A stretch of DNA of 64,000 bases, from contig OZ245766.1 in NCBI GenBank assembly GCA_965227495.1, positions 5,580,536 through 5,644,535 of the forward strand. Direction: 5' to 3'. Numbering within the stretch: position 1 is the first letter of the stretch; every line of letters begins with the position of its first letter. Source of the stretch: Chryseolinea sp. (lineage in GTDB: Bacteria; Bacteroidota; Bacteroidia; Cytophagales; Cyclobacteriaceae). The notes below the pieces were generated by a model. That model saw only the letters and a program-made list of their open reading frames with translations, did not search any database and was not told the origin of the DNA. Positions 43,920 to 53,843 of this stretch are shown here, piece after piece. Both the position numbers and the translations under genes were made by a program.

Positions 43920-45059
43920 TTATTTATTGTCAATTAATCCTCTTCCACTCTTTTTCATAGAGCCGCTCTCTTTCAGTTCCTTCGCAATTACATCTAAAAT
44001 ACCGTTGATGAACTGGCGACTCTTTGGCGTACTGTAATTTTTGGCGAGTTCAATATATTCATTTATTGAAACCTTAACAGGGATGTTGGGGAACTCCAAC
44101 AATTCTGCAATGGCCATCTCCAAAATAATGCGATCGGTTAATGGTAATCGGTCTACCTCCCAATTGCGTGTGTTGTTGGCAATCAATTCTTTGAATTTCG
44201 GATCAAGATGAGAACCGGTTTGGAACAAGCGCTCGATAAAATTCTTATCGTCTTCCCAATTCATGGAAAGCATATGTAATGTAAGTACTTGCTTCGACTC
44301 AGGTTCATACGACTTCACCGTCTTCTCAACCATGCCTTTCACAATGTCTTTGTCTTCTGCCCAGCGCAATACCTCTTCTTCAAAGAAATCATTGATCACG
44401 GTCTTCCCTAAAATCACTTTTTTGAAAAGATGGTTGATGAATTTCTTCTGCTCCTCCAACGTTGGATTTTTCTTTTCATTGTATGCGATATACTCTGCAT
44501 CTGTACGCAAAACATCACGGAACCATGCCTTAACTCTGTCGGCTTTATCTTGCCAATGGCGGCCTAATTTCAACGCATCTTTCTTAAGTAGTTCGCTTTC
44601 ACGAATGCCATGCACCCAGGCATTGTCAGAGAAATTTTTGTGACTGATTTTTTTATCAGTTTCAGCAACTTCGGCCAATGCGGGCACAAGGCTTAATACA
44701 GAAATGTATTGGTCGTAGATTTTCTCTACTTCGCTTACCAGGTTTTTGGCAAAAAAGGAAGTGTCTTTCTTGGATTGGTTGGCGTATTGAATGAAACAAT
44801 CATTCACCACCTTTTTTATTTTGAGGGTTTCATGATCAACAGATGTTTCAGCCTTAAGAAAGGCATTTTCAAACAATTTAGTGGCCTGTTTCTTCTCCAG
44901 AGCAAGCTGGGTTTTGTCCTGCACCTCCATCGAGTTTAAATCGGGCTGGAAGGAATCGCTGATTTTCTCCAGACACAATTCGTAATTGGCATCTTTGCAC
45001 TGCTGTAACGCAAAAAGGCTTTGCATTACTTTCACTCTAAGGCTTCTTCTGTTGAGCAT
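43920..45059 (-). CDS. nusB: Transcription antitermination factor NusB (long Bacteroidota form)
   Basis: 379 aa. NusB core at both ends (MLNRRSLRVKVMQSLFA... and DRIILEMAIAELLEFPNIPVKVSINEYIELAKNYSTPKSRQFINGILD). Confidence 0.85.
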   Translation of the reverse strand: MLNRRSLRVKVMQSLFALQQCKDANYELCLEKISDSFQPDLNSMEVQDKTQLALEKKQATKLFENAFLKAETSVDHETLKIKKVVNDCFIQYANQSKKDTSFFAKNLVSEVEKIYDQYISVLSLVPALAEVAETDKKISHKNFSDNAWVHGIRESELLKKDALKLGRHWQDKADRVKAWFRDVLRTDAEYIAYNEKKNPTLEEQKKFINHLFKKVILGKTVINDFFEEEVLRWAEDKDIVKGMVEKTVKSYEPESKQVLTLHMLSMNWEDDKNFIERLFQTGSHLDPKFKELIANNTRNWEVDRLPLTDRIILEMAIAELLEFPNIPVKVSINEYIELAKNYSTPKSRQFINGILDVIAKELKESGSMKKSGRGLIDNK

Positions 45060-45093
45060 GATAAAGAACTACTGGTCGTATTAAACTTGGGCA

Positions 45094-45101
45094 CAAAAGT
45101 A
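45094..45101 (-). promoter_or_regulatory. Candidate -7 box TActTTTG for nusB
   Basis: The plus strand reads caaaagta, about 35 nt upstream of the nusB ATG (45059). Confidence 0.35.
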
Positions 45102-45381
45102 AAATATCCGGTTTGGTTTAGCTAACCGGGCCCACATATAAATTGATTTTTATAAATCCTCCGTGCGTTTAGTTTGTTTGCTGTAATTTGAGGCCTCAAA
45201 AAAACAAAGCAGCAGGACAGTGAACGATTGGAATAATATTTCGTTTTAGCCTAAGTCGGTTAATATTCTCTGTATGAAATGAGCCTTTACTTACGATTTC
45301 CCCAAATGTTTATGGTTAATGTGGCGAATTCCCTGTCTGCCGACAGGCAGGCACGTGTCCATTAAAATAAAATATTAACAC

Positions 45382-47172
45382 GTGAAAGAACTTAAATACC
45401 TTAATAAATACCTGCTCAAGTACAAGTGGCATTTAATTTTAGGAACCCTCTTCGTCATTATTTCCAACTTCTTTCAAATTATACCGGCTCAGTTGGTGCG
45501 TTACTCCATTGATTTGGTAGTAGATAATATTCGCATTTACCAATCTTTTTCAGGAACCAACCTTCAGGATAATTTCTTCAGCGTTTTTGCTTACGGTATT
45601 TTGATTTATGCCGGATTGATTTTACTGATGGCAGTGTTGCGCGGAGTCTTTTTGTATTTCGTGCGCCAGACACTCATTGTAATGTCGCGCTTAATTGAAT
45701 ATGATTTGAAGAATGAAGTATTCGAGCACTATCAAACATTGCCGCTCAGTTTTTACAGAAGAAACAATACAGGCGATTTGATGAACCGCATTTCAGAAGA
45801 TGTGGGTCGAGTGCGGATGTACCTTGGTCCCAGTATTATGTACGGATTAACACTCTTTACGCTTTTTCTTACTCTTGTTCCCTATATGTTCTGGATCAGT
45901 CCTACCTTAACCTGGTATGCACTTAGTCCATTGCCGATCTTGTCGATCAGCATTTTTTTGGTGAACAATAAAATGGAAAGGCGATCGGAAGAAATCCAGA
46001 AGAGTCAATCCAAACTATCCACCTTTGTTCAGGAAGCCTTCAGTGGAATACGCGTAATTAAATCTTTCAATCGCGAATTAGAGTCGATCTCCAAATTCAA
46101 TATTGAAACAGAGCAATACAAAAAGCAGTCATTAAAACTTACCAAAGTGCAATCGCTGTTTTTTCCGATCATCATGGCGTTGATTGGTATCAGCACCATT
46201 TTAACAGTGTATGCCGGAAGCACTGAAGTAATTAATGGCAACCTTACCTTTGGGAATATCGCTGAGTTCATCATCTACGTCAACTTGCTTACCTGGCCCG
46301 TTGCATCGCTGGGTTGGACGAGTAGCTTGGTTCAACGCGCTGAAGCCTCGCAGAAACGCATCAACGAATTTCTAAAAACACAAACCAATATTATTTCCGA
46401 GAAAAATCTCGATCATGACATTGTTGGTAAGATTCAATTTAAGAATGTAGGCTTCACTTATCCGGATACAGGCATTAAAGCATTAAAAAATATTTCCTTT
46501 ACCATTCAAAAAGGAGAATCGCTTGCCATCATTGGAACCACTGGTTCTGGCAAAAGCACCGTTGCTAATTTGGTTTCGCGCTTATATGATGCCCGTGATG
46601 GGGAGATTTTCATTGACGACATTCCAATTAGTCACTACAACTTAACTTCATTGAGAAGCCAGATCGGTTATGTTCCTCAAGATGTTTTTCTTTTCAGTGA
46701 TACCATATTCAACAACATTGGCTTTGGCATTAAGCAACTGGATGAGGATAAAATTTATCAGGCTGCGAAAGATGCCGATGTCTATGAAAACATTAAGGGC
46801 TTTCCGCAAGGTTTTCAAACTCGTGTAGGAGAGAGAGGTATTACATTATCTGGAGGACAAAAGCAACGCGTTTCTATTGCGCGCGCCATTGTACGCGAAC
46901 CGAAAATATTAATGCTGGATGACGTCCTTTCAGCGGTTGATACCAAAACTGAAAACAATATTCTCAATAGCATGAAGCGGATTATGGAAGGACGTACTAC
47001 CATTATTATTTCGCACCGCGTTTCGTCTGCCAAGCTTGCCAATAAAATAATTGTTTTGATGGATGGTGTAGTAAAAGAAGAAGGAAGTCACGAACAATTG
47101 ATTGCACATGATGGACTCTATAAAGATCTGTACGAAAAGCAAAATCAATTAGATGAAACAGAAATTAGTTGA
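45382..47172 (+). CDS. ABC exporter, fused permease/ATPase (MsbA-like)
   Basis: 596 aa. 6-TM N-terminal half. Walker A GTTGSGKST, signature LSGGQKQR, Walker B ILMLDD. GTG start. Confidence 0.9.
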   Translation: MKELKYLNKYLLKYKWHLILGTLFVIISNFFQIIPAQLVRYSIDLVVDNIRIYQSFSGTNLQDNFFSVFAYGILIYAGLILLMAVLRGVFLYFVRQTLIVMSRLIEYDLKNEVFEHYQTLPLSFYRRNNTGDLMNRISEDVGRVRMYLGPSIMYGLTLFTLFLTLVPYMFWISPTLTWYALSPLPILSISIFLVNNKMERRSEEIQKSQSKLSTFVQEAFSGIRVIKSFNRELESISKFNIETEQYKKQSLKLTKVQSLFFPIIMALIGISTILTVYAGSTEVINGNLTFGNIAEFIIYVNLLTWPVASLGWTSSLVQRAEASQKRINEFLKTQTNIISEKNLDHDIVGKIQFKNVGFTYPDTGIKALKNISFTIQKGESLAIIGTTGSGKSTVANLVSRLYDARDGEIFIDDIPISHYNLTSLRSQIGYVPQDVFLFSDTIFNNIGFGIKQLDEDKIYQAAKDADVYENIKGFPQGFQTRVGERGITLSGGQKQRVSIARAIVREPKILMLDDVLSAVDTKTENNILNSMKRIMEGRTTIIISHRVSSAKLANKIIVLMDGVVKEEGSHEQLIAHDGLYKDLYEKQNQLDETEIS

Positions 47173-47236
47173 TCATTGTTAGTTGATAGTTAGTCTTGCG
47201 GAGTTAGCCTAATAAGAGCTACTATTGACAAACCAT

Positions 47237-47244
47237 TATCTTTG
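47237..47244 (+). promoter_or_regulatory. Candidate -7 box TAtcTTTG upstream of the DsbD-like gene
   Basis: Exact TAnnTTTG 27 nt before ATG 47272. Confidence 0.35.
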
Positions 47245-47271
47245 TAAACTTTAGCATTGAAATTCTATATT

Positions 47272-49371
47272 ATGTTCAAGAGTATTGCCTTTATTTTCGT
47301 ATTCATTGTCTTTTCTTCTATTGCTTCGGCACAAGTACTTCAACCGGCTAAATTGGTTGCAAAGAATCCAACACAAACCATAAAGGTTGGCGATGAAATT
47401 GAGTTATCAATAATGGCGACCATCGACAAAAGCTGGCATCTATATTCGCTTATAGAAGCGGGTCGCTTCAGTGAAGATTGCGGACCCATACCCTTAACCA
47501 TTTCATTTTTAAAACATAAAAGCTATGCGTTAATCGGTGATTTAAGAGCGATTAATCCAGAATCAAAACACGAAAAAGTCTTCGACTGTGATGTTCTTAT
47601 TTTTAATCACACTGGTGAGTTCAGACAAAAAATAAAAGTACTGTCTGCTGATCTTACCATATTGGGCAAGTACGATGGTCAAGCCTGTTCCGATGTTGAT
47701 TTTACGTGTGTTTTAATCGATGGTGATTTTATTTTCAACTCACTAAAAGTAGTGGACGGTGGAAGTAAAAAAAACGAAAGCAAAGTCACTGAACAAAAAA
47801 TAGAACAAGCTTCTGTCGTGCAACCTATCCCGGTTGATACCCTAACAAACAAAACTCAATCGACAGCAAAGAAAGAGTATGGCGAAAACAAAGGGCCGAT
47901 TTTAGATCCTTCCATTATCAAAGCAGATCCAAAACAGAATTCATTGTTGGGCTTCTTTTTACTCTCTTTCATTGCTGGTCTTGCGGCATTGCTAACCCCT
48001 TGTGTTTTCCCGATGATGCCGATGACGGTAAGTTTCTTTACAGGACAGGGAAAATCAAAATCACTTGCATTGGTTTACGGTCTTTCTATAATTTTAATTT
48101 ATACTTTGATTGGCGCAGCACTTGCTCCGCTTATGGGTCCTGAAACAGCGAATCATCTTTCAACAGAGTGGTTGCCCAATCTTATTTTCTTTGCTGTCTT
48201 TATTGTTTTTGGTTTATCATTCCTCGGGCTATTTGAAATTACGTTGCCCGGAACCTTCATCAACAAAGTAGATCAACAATCGGAAAAGGGTGGATTGATT
48301 GGTGTTTTCTTTATGGCGTTTACATTGGTGCTGGTTTCATTTTCTTGCACTGGCCCACTGGTAGGAAGCATCTTAGTTTCTTCTGCAGGTGGAGAATTTA
48401 TTAAACCAGTCATTGGCATGTTTGCTTTCTCTCTAGCCTTTGCCATTCCCTTTACATTGTTCGCTTTTTTTCCAGGTTGGTTAAGCTCATTACCTAAATC
48501 TGGTGGATGGCTTAATGCAGTGAAGGTCGTTTTAGGCTTTATTGAAATTGCGCTCGCGTTTAAATTTTTAAGTATTGCAGATCAAGCTTTCCATTGGAGG
48601 ATTTTAGATCGCGAGATCAACATTGCGATTTGGATAGTGATCACAACCTTGATTGGCATTTACCTGATGAAAGGATTCCGTCTTTCTGGTGATACAGGCA
48701 AAGATGCAGACGACAAGACGGTAAGCATCGTTCGCCTATCACTCGCAACATTAGCTTTTACCTTTGTTGTTTATTTAGTGCCCGGTATGTGGGGCGCTCC
48801 GCTAAAAGCATTAGCGGGGTACTTGCCTCCGCTCTATACACATGATTTTAATCTAGCCGCGATTTCAAGCGGAAAGAATTCAACGGCCATTTGTGATGAA
48901 CCTAAATACGCAGAGTTTCTTCACTTGCCGCATGGCTTGAACGGATATTTCGATTACGACCAGGCACTTACCTGTGCACGACAACAGGGCAAGCCGTTAT
49001 TTATTGATTTCACCGGACATGGTTGCACGAATTGCAGAGAGATGGAATCAGTTGTTTGGTCTGATCCTGAAGTATTGAAAAGATTGCAAAATGATTATGT
49101 AGTCGTAGCCTTATATGTAGATGACAAAACCGAATTGCCGGAAGCAGATTGGTACACTTCAAAATACGATAGCAAAGTGAAGAAGACGATTGGTAAACAA
49201 AATGCCGATTTACAAATCACAAATCTTAATAACAATGCTCAACCATTTTATGTGTTGGTAGGCGAAGATGAACGGGTACTCGTTTCTCCTTTCGGTTATG
49301 AAAAAAATCCAAAGTCTTTCGCGAAATTTTTAGATGAAGGGAAAGCAAAGTATAAGAGCTTGTATAGATAA
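47272..49371 (+). CDS. dsbD: Thiol:disulfide interchange protein, DsbD family
   Basis: Signal peptide and N-terminal periplasmic domain. Central membrane domain with Cys in LLTPCVFPMMP and SFSCTGPLVG. C-terminal thioredoxin fold with GCTNC. ATG 47272 preferred over TTG 47257. Confidence 0.85.
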   Translation: MFKSIAFIFVFIVFSSIASAQVLQPAKLVAKNPTQTIKVGDEIELSIMATIDKSWHLYSLIEAGRFSEDCGPIPLTISFLKHKSYALIGDLRAINPESKHEKVFDCDVLIFNHTGEFRQKIKVLSADLTILGKYDGQACSDVDFTCVLIDGDFIFNSLKVVDGGSKKNESKVTEQKIEQASVVQPIPVDTLTNKTQSTAKKEYGENKGPILDPSIIKADPKQNSLLGFFLLSFIAGLAALLTPCVFPMMPMTVSFFTGQGKSKSLALVYGLSIILIYTLIGAALAPLMGPETANHLSTEWLPNLIFFAVFIVFGLSFLGLFEITLPGTFINKVDQQSEKGGLIGVFFMAFTLVLVSFSCTGPLVGSILVSSAGGEFIKPVIGMFAFSLAFAIPFTLFAFFPGWLSSLPKSGGWLNAVKVVLGFIEIALAFKFLSIADQAFHWRILDREINIAIWIVITTLIGIYLMKGFRLSGDTGKDADDKTVSIVRLSLATLAFTFVVYLVPGMWGAPLKALAGYLPPLYTHDFNLAAISSGKNSTAICDEPKYAEFLHLPHGLNGYFDYDQALTCARQQGKPLFIDFTGHGCTNCREMESVVWSDPEVLKRLQNDYVVVALYVDDKTELPEADWYTSKYDSKVKKTIGKQNADLQITNLNNNAQPFYVLVGEDERVLVSPFGYEKNPKSFAKFLDEGKAKYKSLYR

Positions 49372-49561
49372 TCTTTGGGTTGAAATCACATACCACAAGT
49401 TTTCAATGTGCAATTGAAAAATCAAAGTGATCCGTTATTGGTTTTTTGATTTACAAAAAGAATTATTACAACCCTTTCAATCCAGCCAATGAAAGTCATT
49501 TCGTGCTCCTGAGTGGAATACAAGTACTGTCCTGCATTCAATGCGCAGTCCGCGCAAGAAG

Positions 49562-49610
49562 AAGCTCAATAACATAATGCTGCTTGTAGCAGCATTATGT
49601 TATTGAGCTT
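49562..49610. repeat. Perfect palindrome, 23-bp stem with 3-nt loop (hairpin 1)
   Basis: aagctcaataacataatgctgct tgt agcagcattatgttattgagctt. Every position 49562-49584 pairs with 49588-49610 (checked base by base). Confidence 0.9.
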
Positions 49611-49612
49611 TA

Positions 49613-49663
49613 AAAATCACGAATGCCCAATCCGCTCGTAGCGGATTGGGCATTCGTGATTTT
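49613..49663. repeat. Perfect palindrome, 24-bp stem with 3-nt loop (hairpin 2); possible bidirectional terminator
   Basis: aaaatcacgaatgcccaatccgct cgt agcggattgggcattcgtgatttt. Positions 49613-49636 pair perfectly with 49640-49663. The A-tract and T-tract at the stem base resemble a bidirectional intrinsic terminator. Confidence 0.9.
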
Positions 49664-49999
49664 AAAATGCGCGCCTGCAATTTGACTATGAAGTGCAATT
49701 CTTCTTTCGCACATCTGATATGAACGTGATTAAAAGGGGGAACACTTTAGTAGAAAAGCTATTCTAAGCTTATTACCAATTTATCCTTACACTTGGTAGC
49801 TTACCTTCTACATTGGAAATTATTAGGAAGCTTCACTAAATAAAAAAACGAGTGTGCTTGTGCTTGACCATCTAATCAAGCTATTTTCCTTAAATCACCA
49901 GAACATGAAAATCAGTACATGAGTTGCTTTTTTAAGGTGAAAGGTGATATATTTGAGTTAATGCGGCCTTACAGGCGATGCCTGATTTTTTAAACTTGT

Positions 50000-50007
50000 T
50001 ATCTTTG
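50000..50007 (+). promoter_or_regulatory. Candidate -7 box TAtcTTTG upstream of the M23 peptidase gene
   Basis: Exact TAnnTTTG 46 nt before ATG 50054. Confidence 0.35.
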
Positions 50008-50053
50008 CCGCTTGACTTTTTGAACATGCCTTCGGGCTAACGCAACATGTAAC

Positions 50054-51340
50054 ATGCAGAAACGCTGGATTAGTTTAGTGAGTATCGTCATCATCGCCAT
50101 TGGAATAATCGCGCTTAACAAATTCTTTTTAGTCCCGATGGAGTATCAGGAGGCTGTAATGGATTCTACCCAAAGCATTAATCCTCTTCCAAAAGAACCT
50201 CAGGTTTTGTATGGCATGGTGGTCGATGATTTTACGGTGATTGAAGACAAGATCAAACGCAATGAAGTGTTGGGAGATATTCTGGAAGCCTATAATGTTC
50301 CTGCCAAACTTATTCACCAGGTATCTCAACTTTCGCGCAGCGTATTTGATGTTCGTAAAATCGCTCCCAATAAAAAATACACACTCATCTGTGGACAAGA
50401 CTCCCTACAAACAGCGAAAGCATTAGTGTATGAACCAAACCAAATCGATTACATTGTATTTCGATTTGAAGATTCGCTGTGGGTAGAGGTATGTAAACGC
50501 GATGTTATTATTGTTGAAAAAACTATTGTCGGAGAAATTAAATCGAATTTATCGGAGACTATTGAAGAGCTGGGCATCTCGCACGAACTAACAAACAAGT
50601 TTGTGGATATTTTTGGATGGCAGGTTGATTTTCAACGTCTTCAAAAAGGCGATAAGTTTAAATTAATGTATGATGAAGCACAGGTAGAAGGACAATCTGT
50701 AGGCATCAGACAAATCAATGCTATTTATTTTGAGCATGTATCAAGTCCGTATTACGCTTTCCCATTTGATCAGGGCGAAGGCATTGATTACTTCGATGAA
50801 GAAGGAAAAAGTTTGCGCAAGGCTTTATTAAAATATCCGATTGAATTTACACGCATTAGCTCACGGTACAATTTAAATCGCTTTCATCCTGTACAAAAAA
50901 GATGGAAGGCACATTTAGGAACTGACTTTGCTGCAGCGCCCGGAACTCCGATTCGTTCAGTCGGTGATGGGCTCGTAGAAGAAGCACAATACAAATCGAA
51001 CAACGGAAACTATGTGAAGATCCATCATAATGGAACATACACCACACAATACCTTCACATGTCGCGCATCGCAGATGGTGTTCGTGCCGGTACGCGCGTA
51101 AAACAAGGTCAAACAATTGGTTACGTAGGTAGCACTGGTCTTGCAACGGGCCCTCATTTATGCTATCGCTTCTGGCGCAATGGTGTTCAGGTGGATGCGT
51201 TGAAAGTTGAACTTCCTCCATCACAACCCATCAAGAAAACACATCTGGAATCGTTTGATAAAGTGAAAGTTGAGTTGATGCAAAAGCTCGATAAAATTTC
51301 ATTCCCACCTCCGATTCAAGAGCCAATCGCCTCGTTGTAA
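50054..51340 (+). CDS. M23-family metallopeptidase (peptidoglycan endopeptidase-like)
   Basis: 428 aa with an N-terminal TM. Motifs HLGTDFAAAPGTPI, GNYVKIHH and GSTGLATGPHLCYRF (HxxxD ... HxH). Confidence 0.88.
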   Translation: MQKRWISLVSIVIIAIGIIALNKFFLVPMEYQEAVMDSTQSINPLPKEPQVLYGMVVDDFTVIEDKIKRNEVLGDILEAYNVPAKLIHQVSQLSRSVFDVRKIAPNKKYTLICGQDSLQTAKALVYEPNQIDYIVFRFEDSLWVEVCKRDVIIVEKTIVGEIKSNLSETIEELGISHELTNKFVDIFGWQVDFQRLQKGDKFKLMYDEAQVEGQSVGIRQINAIYFEHVSSPYYAFPFDQGEGIDYFDEEGKSLRKALLKYPIEFTRISSRYNLNRFHPVQKRWKAHLGTDFAAAPGTPIRSVGDGLVEEAQYKSNNGNYVKIHHNGTYTTQYLHMSRIADGVRAGTRVKQGQTIGYVGSTGLATGPHLCYRFWRNGVQVDALKVELPPSQPIKKTHLESFDKVKVELMQKLDKISFPPPIQEPIASL

Positions 51341-51422
51341 TCTTTTTCTTTCGGCTTCTTAGAAAGATCGCACACTTTTCTTTACCTTTTTCTGTTAAAG
51401 ATCAGGTGATGTATTTTACTGT

Positions 51423-53720
51423 ATGAAGTCCCTCTATACATTTTTGTTTCTTAGTATAATCTCGCTTTCTGCGCACGCGCAAAAGGTGGGCTTGGTGTTT
51501 AGTGGTGGTGGAGCCAAAGGTCTTGCGCACGTGGGTGTATTAAAGGCGCTGGAAGAAAATGAAATTCCTGTTAACTACATTGTCGGTACATCCATGGGTG
51601 GTATTGTGGGGGGATGCTATGCTGCTGGCATGAGCCCTGAACAAATTGAACAACTCGTACTCTCCCCAGAATTTCTTCGGCTAATCAATGGAACACCGGA
51701 ACCTGGCTTCAATTCTTTTTACCATCGTAGTGATGATTCACCACAATTCATCAAACTCAACCTTGAACTTGATTCAACTCTTAACTTTCAATTCAATACC
51801 AACATAGCAAGAGATGTGTCACTAAATTTCGGACTAGCCGAAAAAATGGCTCAAGCAGCAGCTATCTCGAATAATAATTTCGACAGTCTATTCATACCTT
51901 TTCGTGTGGTGACGTCTGACATTTTCACACAGCACGAAGTCGTTCTTTCCAAAGGTCAATTAAGTGATGCCTTGCGTGCAACGCAAAGTGTCCCCTACTT
52001 TTATGGACCAATTCGCGTGGACGGAAGATATCTTTTTGATGGCGGTGTATACAATAATTTTCCAGTCGACATTCTACAAAAGGAATTTAATCCGGATATC
52101 ATCATTGGTTCTAACGTATCTTCCAAAATCTACAATGAATATCCCTATGGGAAAGATGAAAAACTGATTTCACGTTCGCTGATTTTTATGTTGCTGGACA
52201 AATCCGACCCAACCCGAATTCCATCTACCGGTGTTTACATTCAACCCAATCTGAGTGGTCTCGGTGTTTATGATTTCGCCAAAGTGAAAGCGATGGTGGA
52301 CAGTGGTTACGCGCAGACGATTCGGCAAATGCCCGAGATCAAACAAAAAATTGCTGTGCGTAAAACTTGTGATGATGTTGCCGTTGAGCGAAATAATTTT
52401 AATAATAAGAGTTATCCTTTTTTATTTGATGGATTGAGTTTTAAACATTTCACCGCCAATAATCGCGGCTATCTAAGGCGAATGTTTAAAACAAAGCGAA
52501 ATCCGGGAACACTTTTCTATAGTCAGATCAAGGAAGGGTATTTTAAATTAGTCTCTGAAGAATACTTTAGTAATACGTATCCGAATATTTTATTCAATAA
52601 GAATACAAAACGATTTACGCTTCAACTTTCCAAGAGACCTCAACAAAATTTTCAGGTTGACTTCGGTGGTGTAATGGCAACACGTGATGTAAGTAATCTC
52701 TATCTCGGGCTTAATTTCTTTCGCTTCAACCGCACGTTAACACATGCTTACCTTGGTTTTCAAACCGGTAATTTTTATAAAATGGCAGTGGCCAAAGTGC
52801 GCGTTGATTTTCCTCATCAATTTTACCTTGAGCCGTATGTATCCTATGATAGCAAGAACTATTTGCAAAATGATGACGTGCTCAATCAGGTGTCCTCGTC
52901 TACGCAACCCACCGTTCTAAAACGAATTATCAGAAGGTATGCACTTCATCTCGGATTTCCGGCTGGTAATTTTTTTAAAAGTGTTTTGGGTTTCGAGGTG
53001 TTTAATACCTTCGATCGGTACATTAATGGAGATGTCTTTATCAGCACCGATGTGCTTGACAAGTTAAAGCTGAAAGGCTTTAAAACAGGCTTTTTGTTTT
53101 CGGCTAATACCTTAAATCGAAAGCAGTACGCTTCTCACGGCAGAGCTTTTGCGGTTGGCGCTGATTACTTTCATCTCCGCGAAATCTTTACCCCCGGAAC
53201 TACGTCTATTGCAACTGAACCAGTGGAAGCCTCTCATCAGTGGTTTAGAGCAAGAGCTACCGCAGAGCATTATTTCGGATCTGGTGTTTACAAACCGGGA
53301 TATTATGTTGAAGCCGTTTTTTCTAATCAACCTGTTTTTCAAAATTACTTTGGAACCATTATCAATGCTCCAGCTTTTTCGCCCATGCAAGACAGTCCTA
53401 CTTTGATCTTGCAAAACTTCAGATCATTCAATTACATAGCGGGTGGCATGCGCAATGTCTTCACCATCTTACCAAAGTTTGATATTCGAATTGAAGGATA
53501 TGTATTTAAGCCGTTCGATTATATCCAGCAGGTAAATCAGGAAGCATCTGTAAGTCGTGATTTCAAAACTGTATTTTTTGCAGGAGCAACAACCCTCGTT
53601 TTCCATTCTGTGGTTGGACCTGTGGCATTAAGCGCCAACTATTATGATGATTCAGAGAATCAATTCGGTGTTTTACTTCACATCGGTTTTCTACTCTTTA
53701 ACAAACATTCTCTCGAATAG
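51423..53720 (+). CDS. Patatin-like phospholipase fused to a C-terminal outer-membrane (Omp85/surface-antigen-like) domain
   Basis: 765 aa with a signal peptide. Patatin motifs GGGAKG, GTSMGG (nucleophile elbow) and FDGGVYNNFP (catalytic Asp). A long beta-rich C-terminal half. Confidence 0.8.
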   Translation: MKSLYTFLFLSIISLSAHAQKVGLVFSGGGAKGLAHVGVLKALEENEIPVNYIVGTSMGGIVGGCYAAGMSPEQIEQLVLSPEFLRLINGTPEPGFNSFYHRSDDSPQFIKLNLELDSTLNFQFNTNIARDVSLNFGLAEKMAQAAAISNNNFDSLFIPFRVVTSDIFTQHEVVLSKGQLSDALRATQSVPYFYGPIRVDGRYLFDGGVYNNFPVDILQKEFNPDIIIGSNVSSKIYNEYPYGKDEKLISRSLIFMLLDKSDPTRIPSTGVYIQPNLSGLGVYDFAKVKAMVDSGYAQTIRQMPEIKQKIAVRKTCDDVAVERNNFNNKSYPFLFDGLSFKHFTANNRGYLRRMFKTKRNPGTLFYSQIKEGYFKLVSEEYFSNTYPNILFNKNTKRFTLQLSKRPQQNFQVDFGGVMATRDVSNLYLGLNFFRFNRTLTHAYLGFQTGNFYKMAVAKVRVDFPHQFYLEPYVSYDSKNYLQNDDVLNQVSSSTQPTVLKRIIRRYALHLGFPAGNFFKSVLGFEVFNTFDRYINGDVFISTDVLDKLKLKGFKTGFLFSANTLNRKQYASHGRAFAVGADYFHLREIFTPGTTSIATEPVEASHQWFRARATAEHYFGSGVYKPGYYVEAVFSNQPVFQNYFGTIINAPAFSPMQDSPTLILQNFRSFNYIAGGMRNVFTILPKFDIRIEGYVFKPFDYIQQVNQEASVSRDFKTVFFAGATTLVFHSVVGPVALSANYYDDSENQFGVLLHIGFLLFNKHSLE

Positions 53721-53843
53721 TGTTTTGATTGTGAAATGACGCTCCTTCCGTCAAGACTATTTCTTTCGTTTTGATGTACTGTTTCCGGCCCGTTTTAATT
53801 TTTTTAGCTAAGTTTAAACTCTAATTCTAAATCGAAGCTGTGC

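Noticed and set aside
45331-45384. ctgtctgccgacaggcagg mini-palindrome and two CACGTG boxes upstream of the ABC exporter
   Set aside because: The stems are only 5 bp and there are two mutually exclusive foldings. The second CACGTG simply contains the GTG start codon. There is not enough structure to call a regulatory element.
49562-49663. Possible CRISPR or attC-like array
   Set aside because: There are only two units. Their arms are unrelated in sequence, there is no spacer-repeat periodicity, and no cas or integrase genes are nearby. I report them as palindromes instead.
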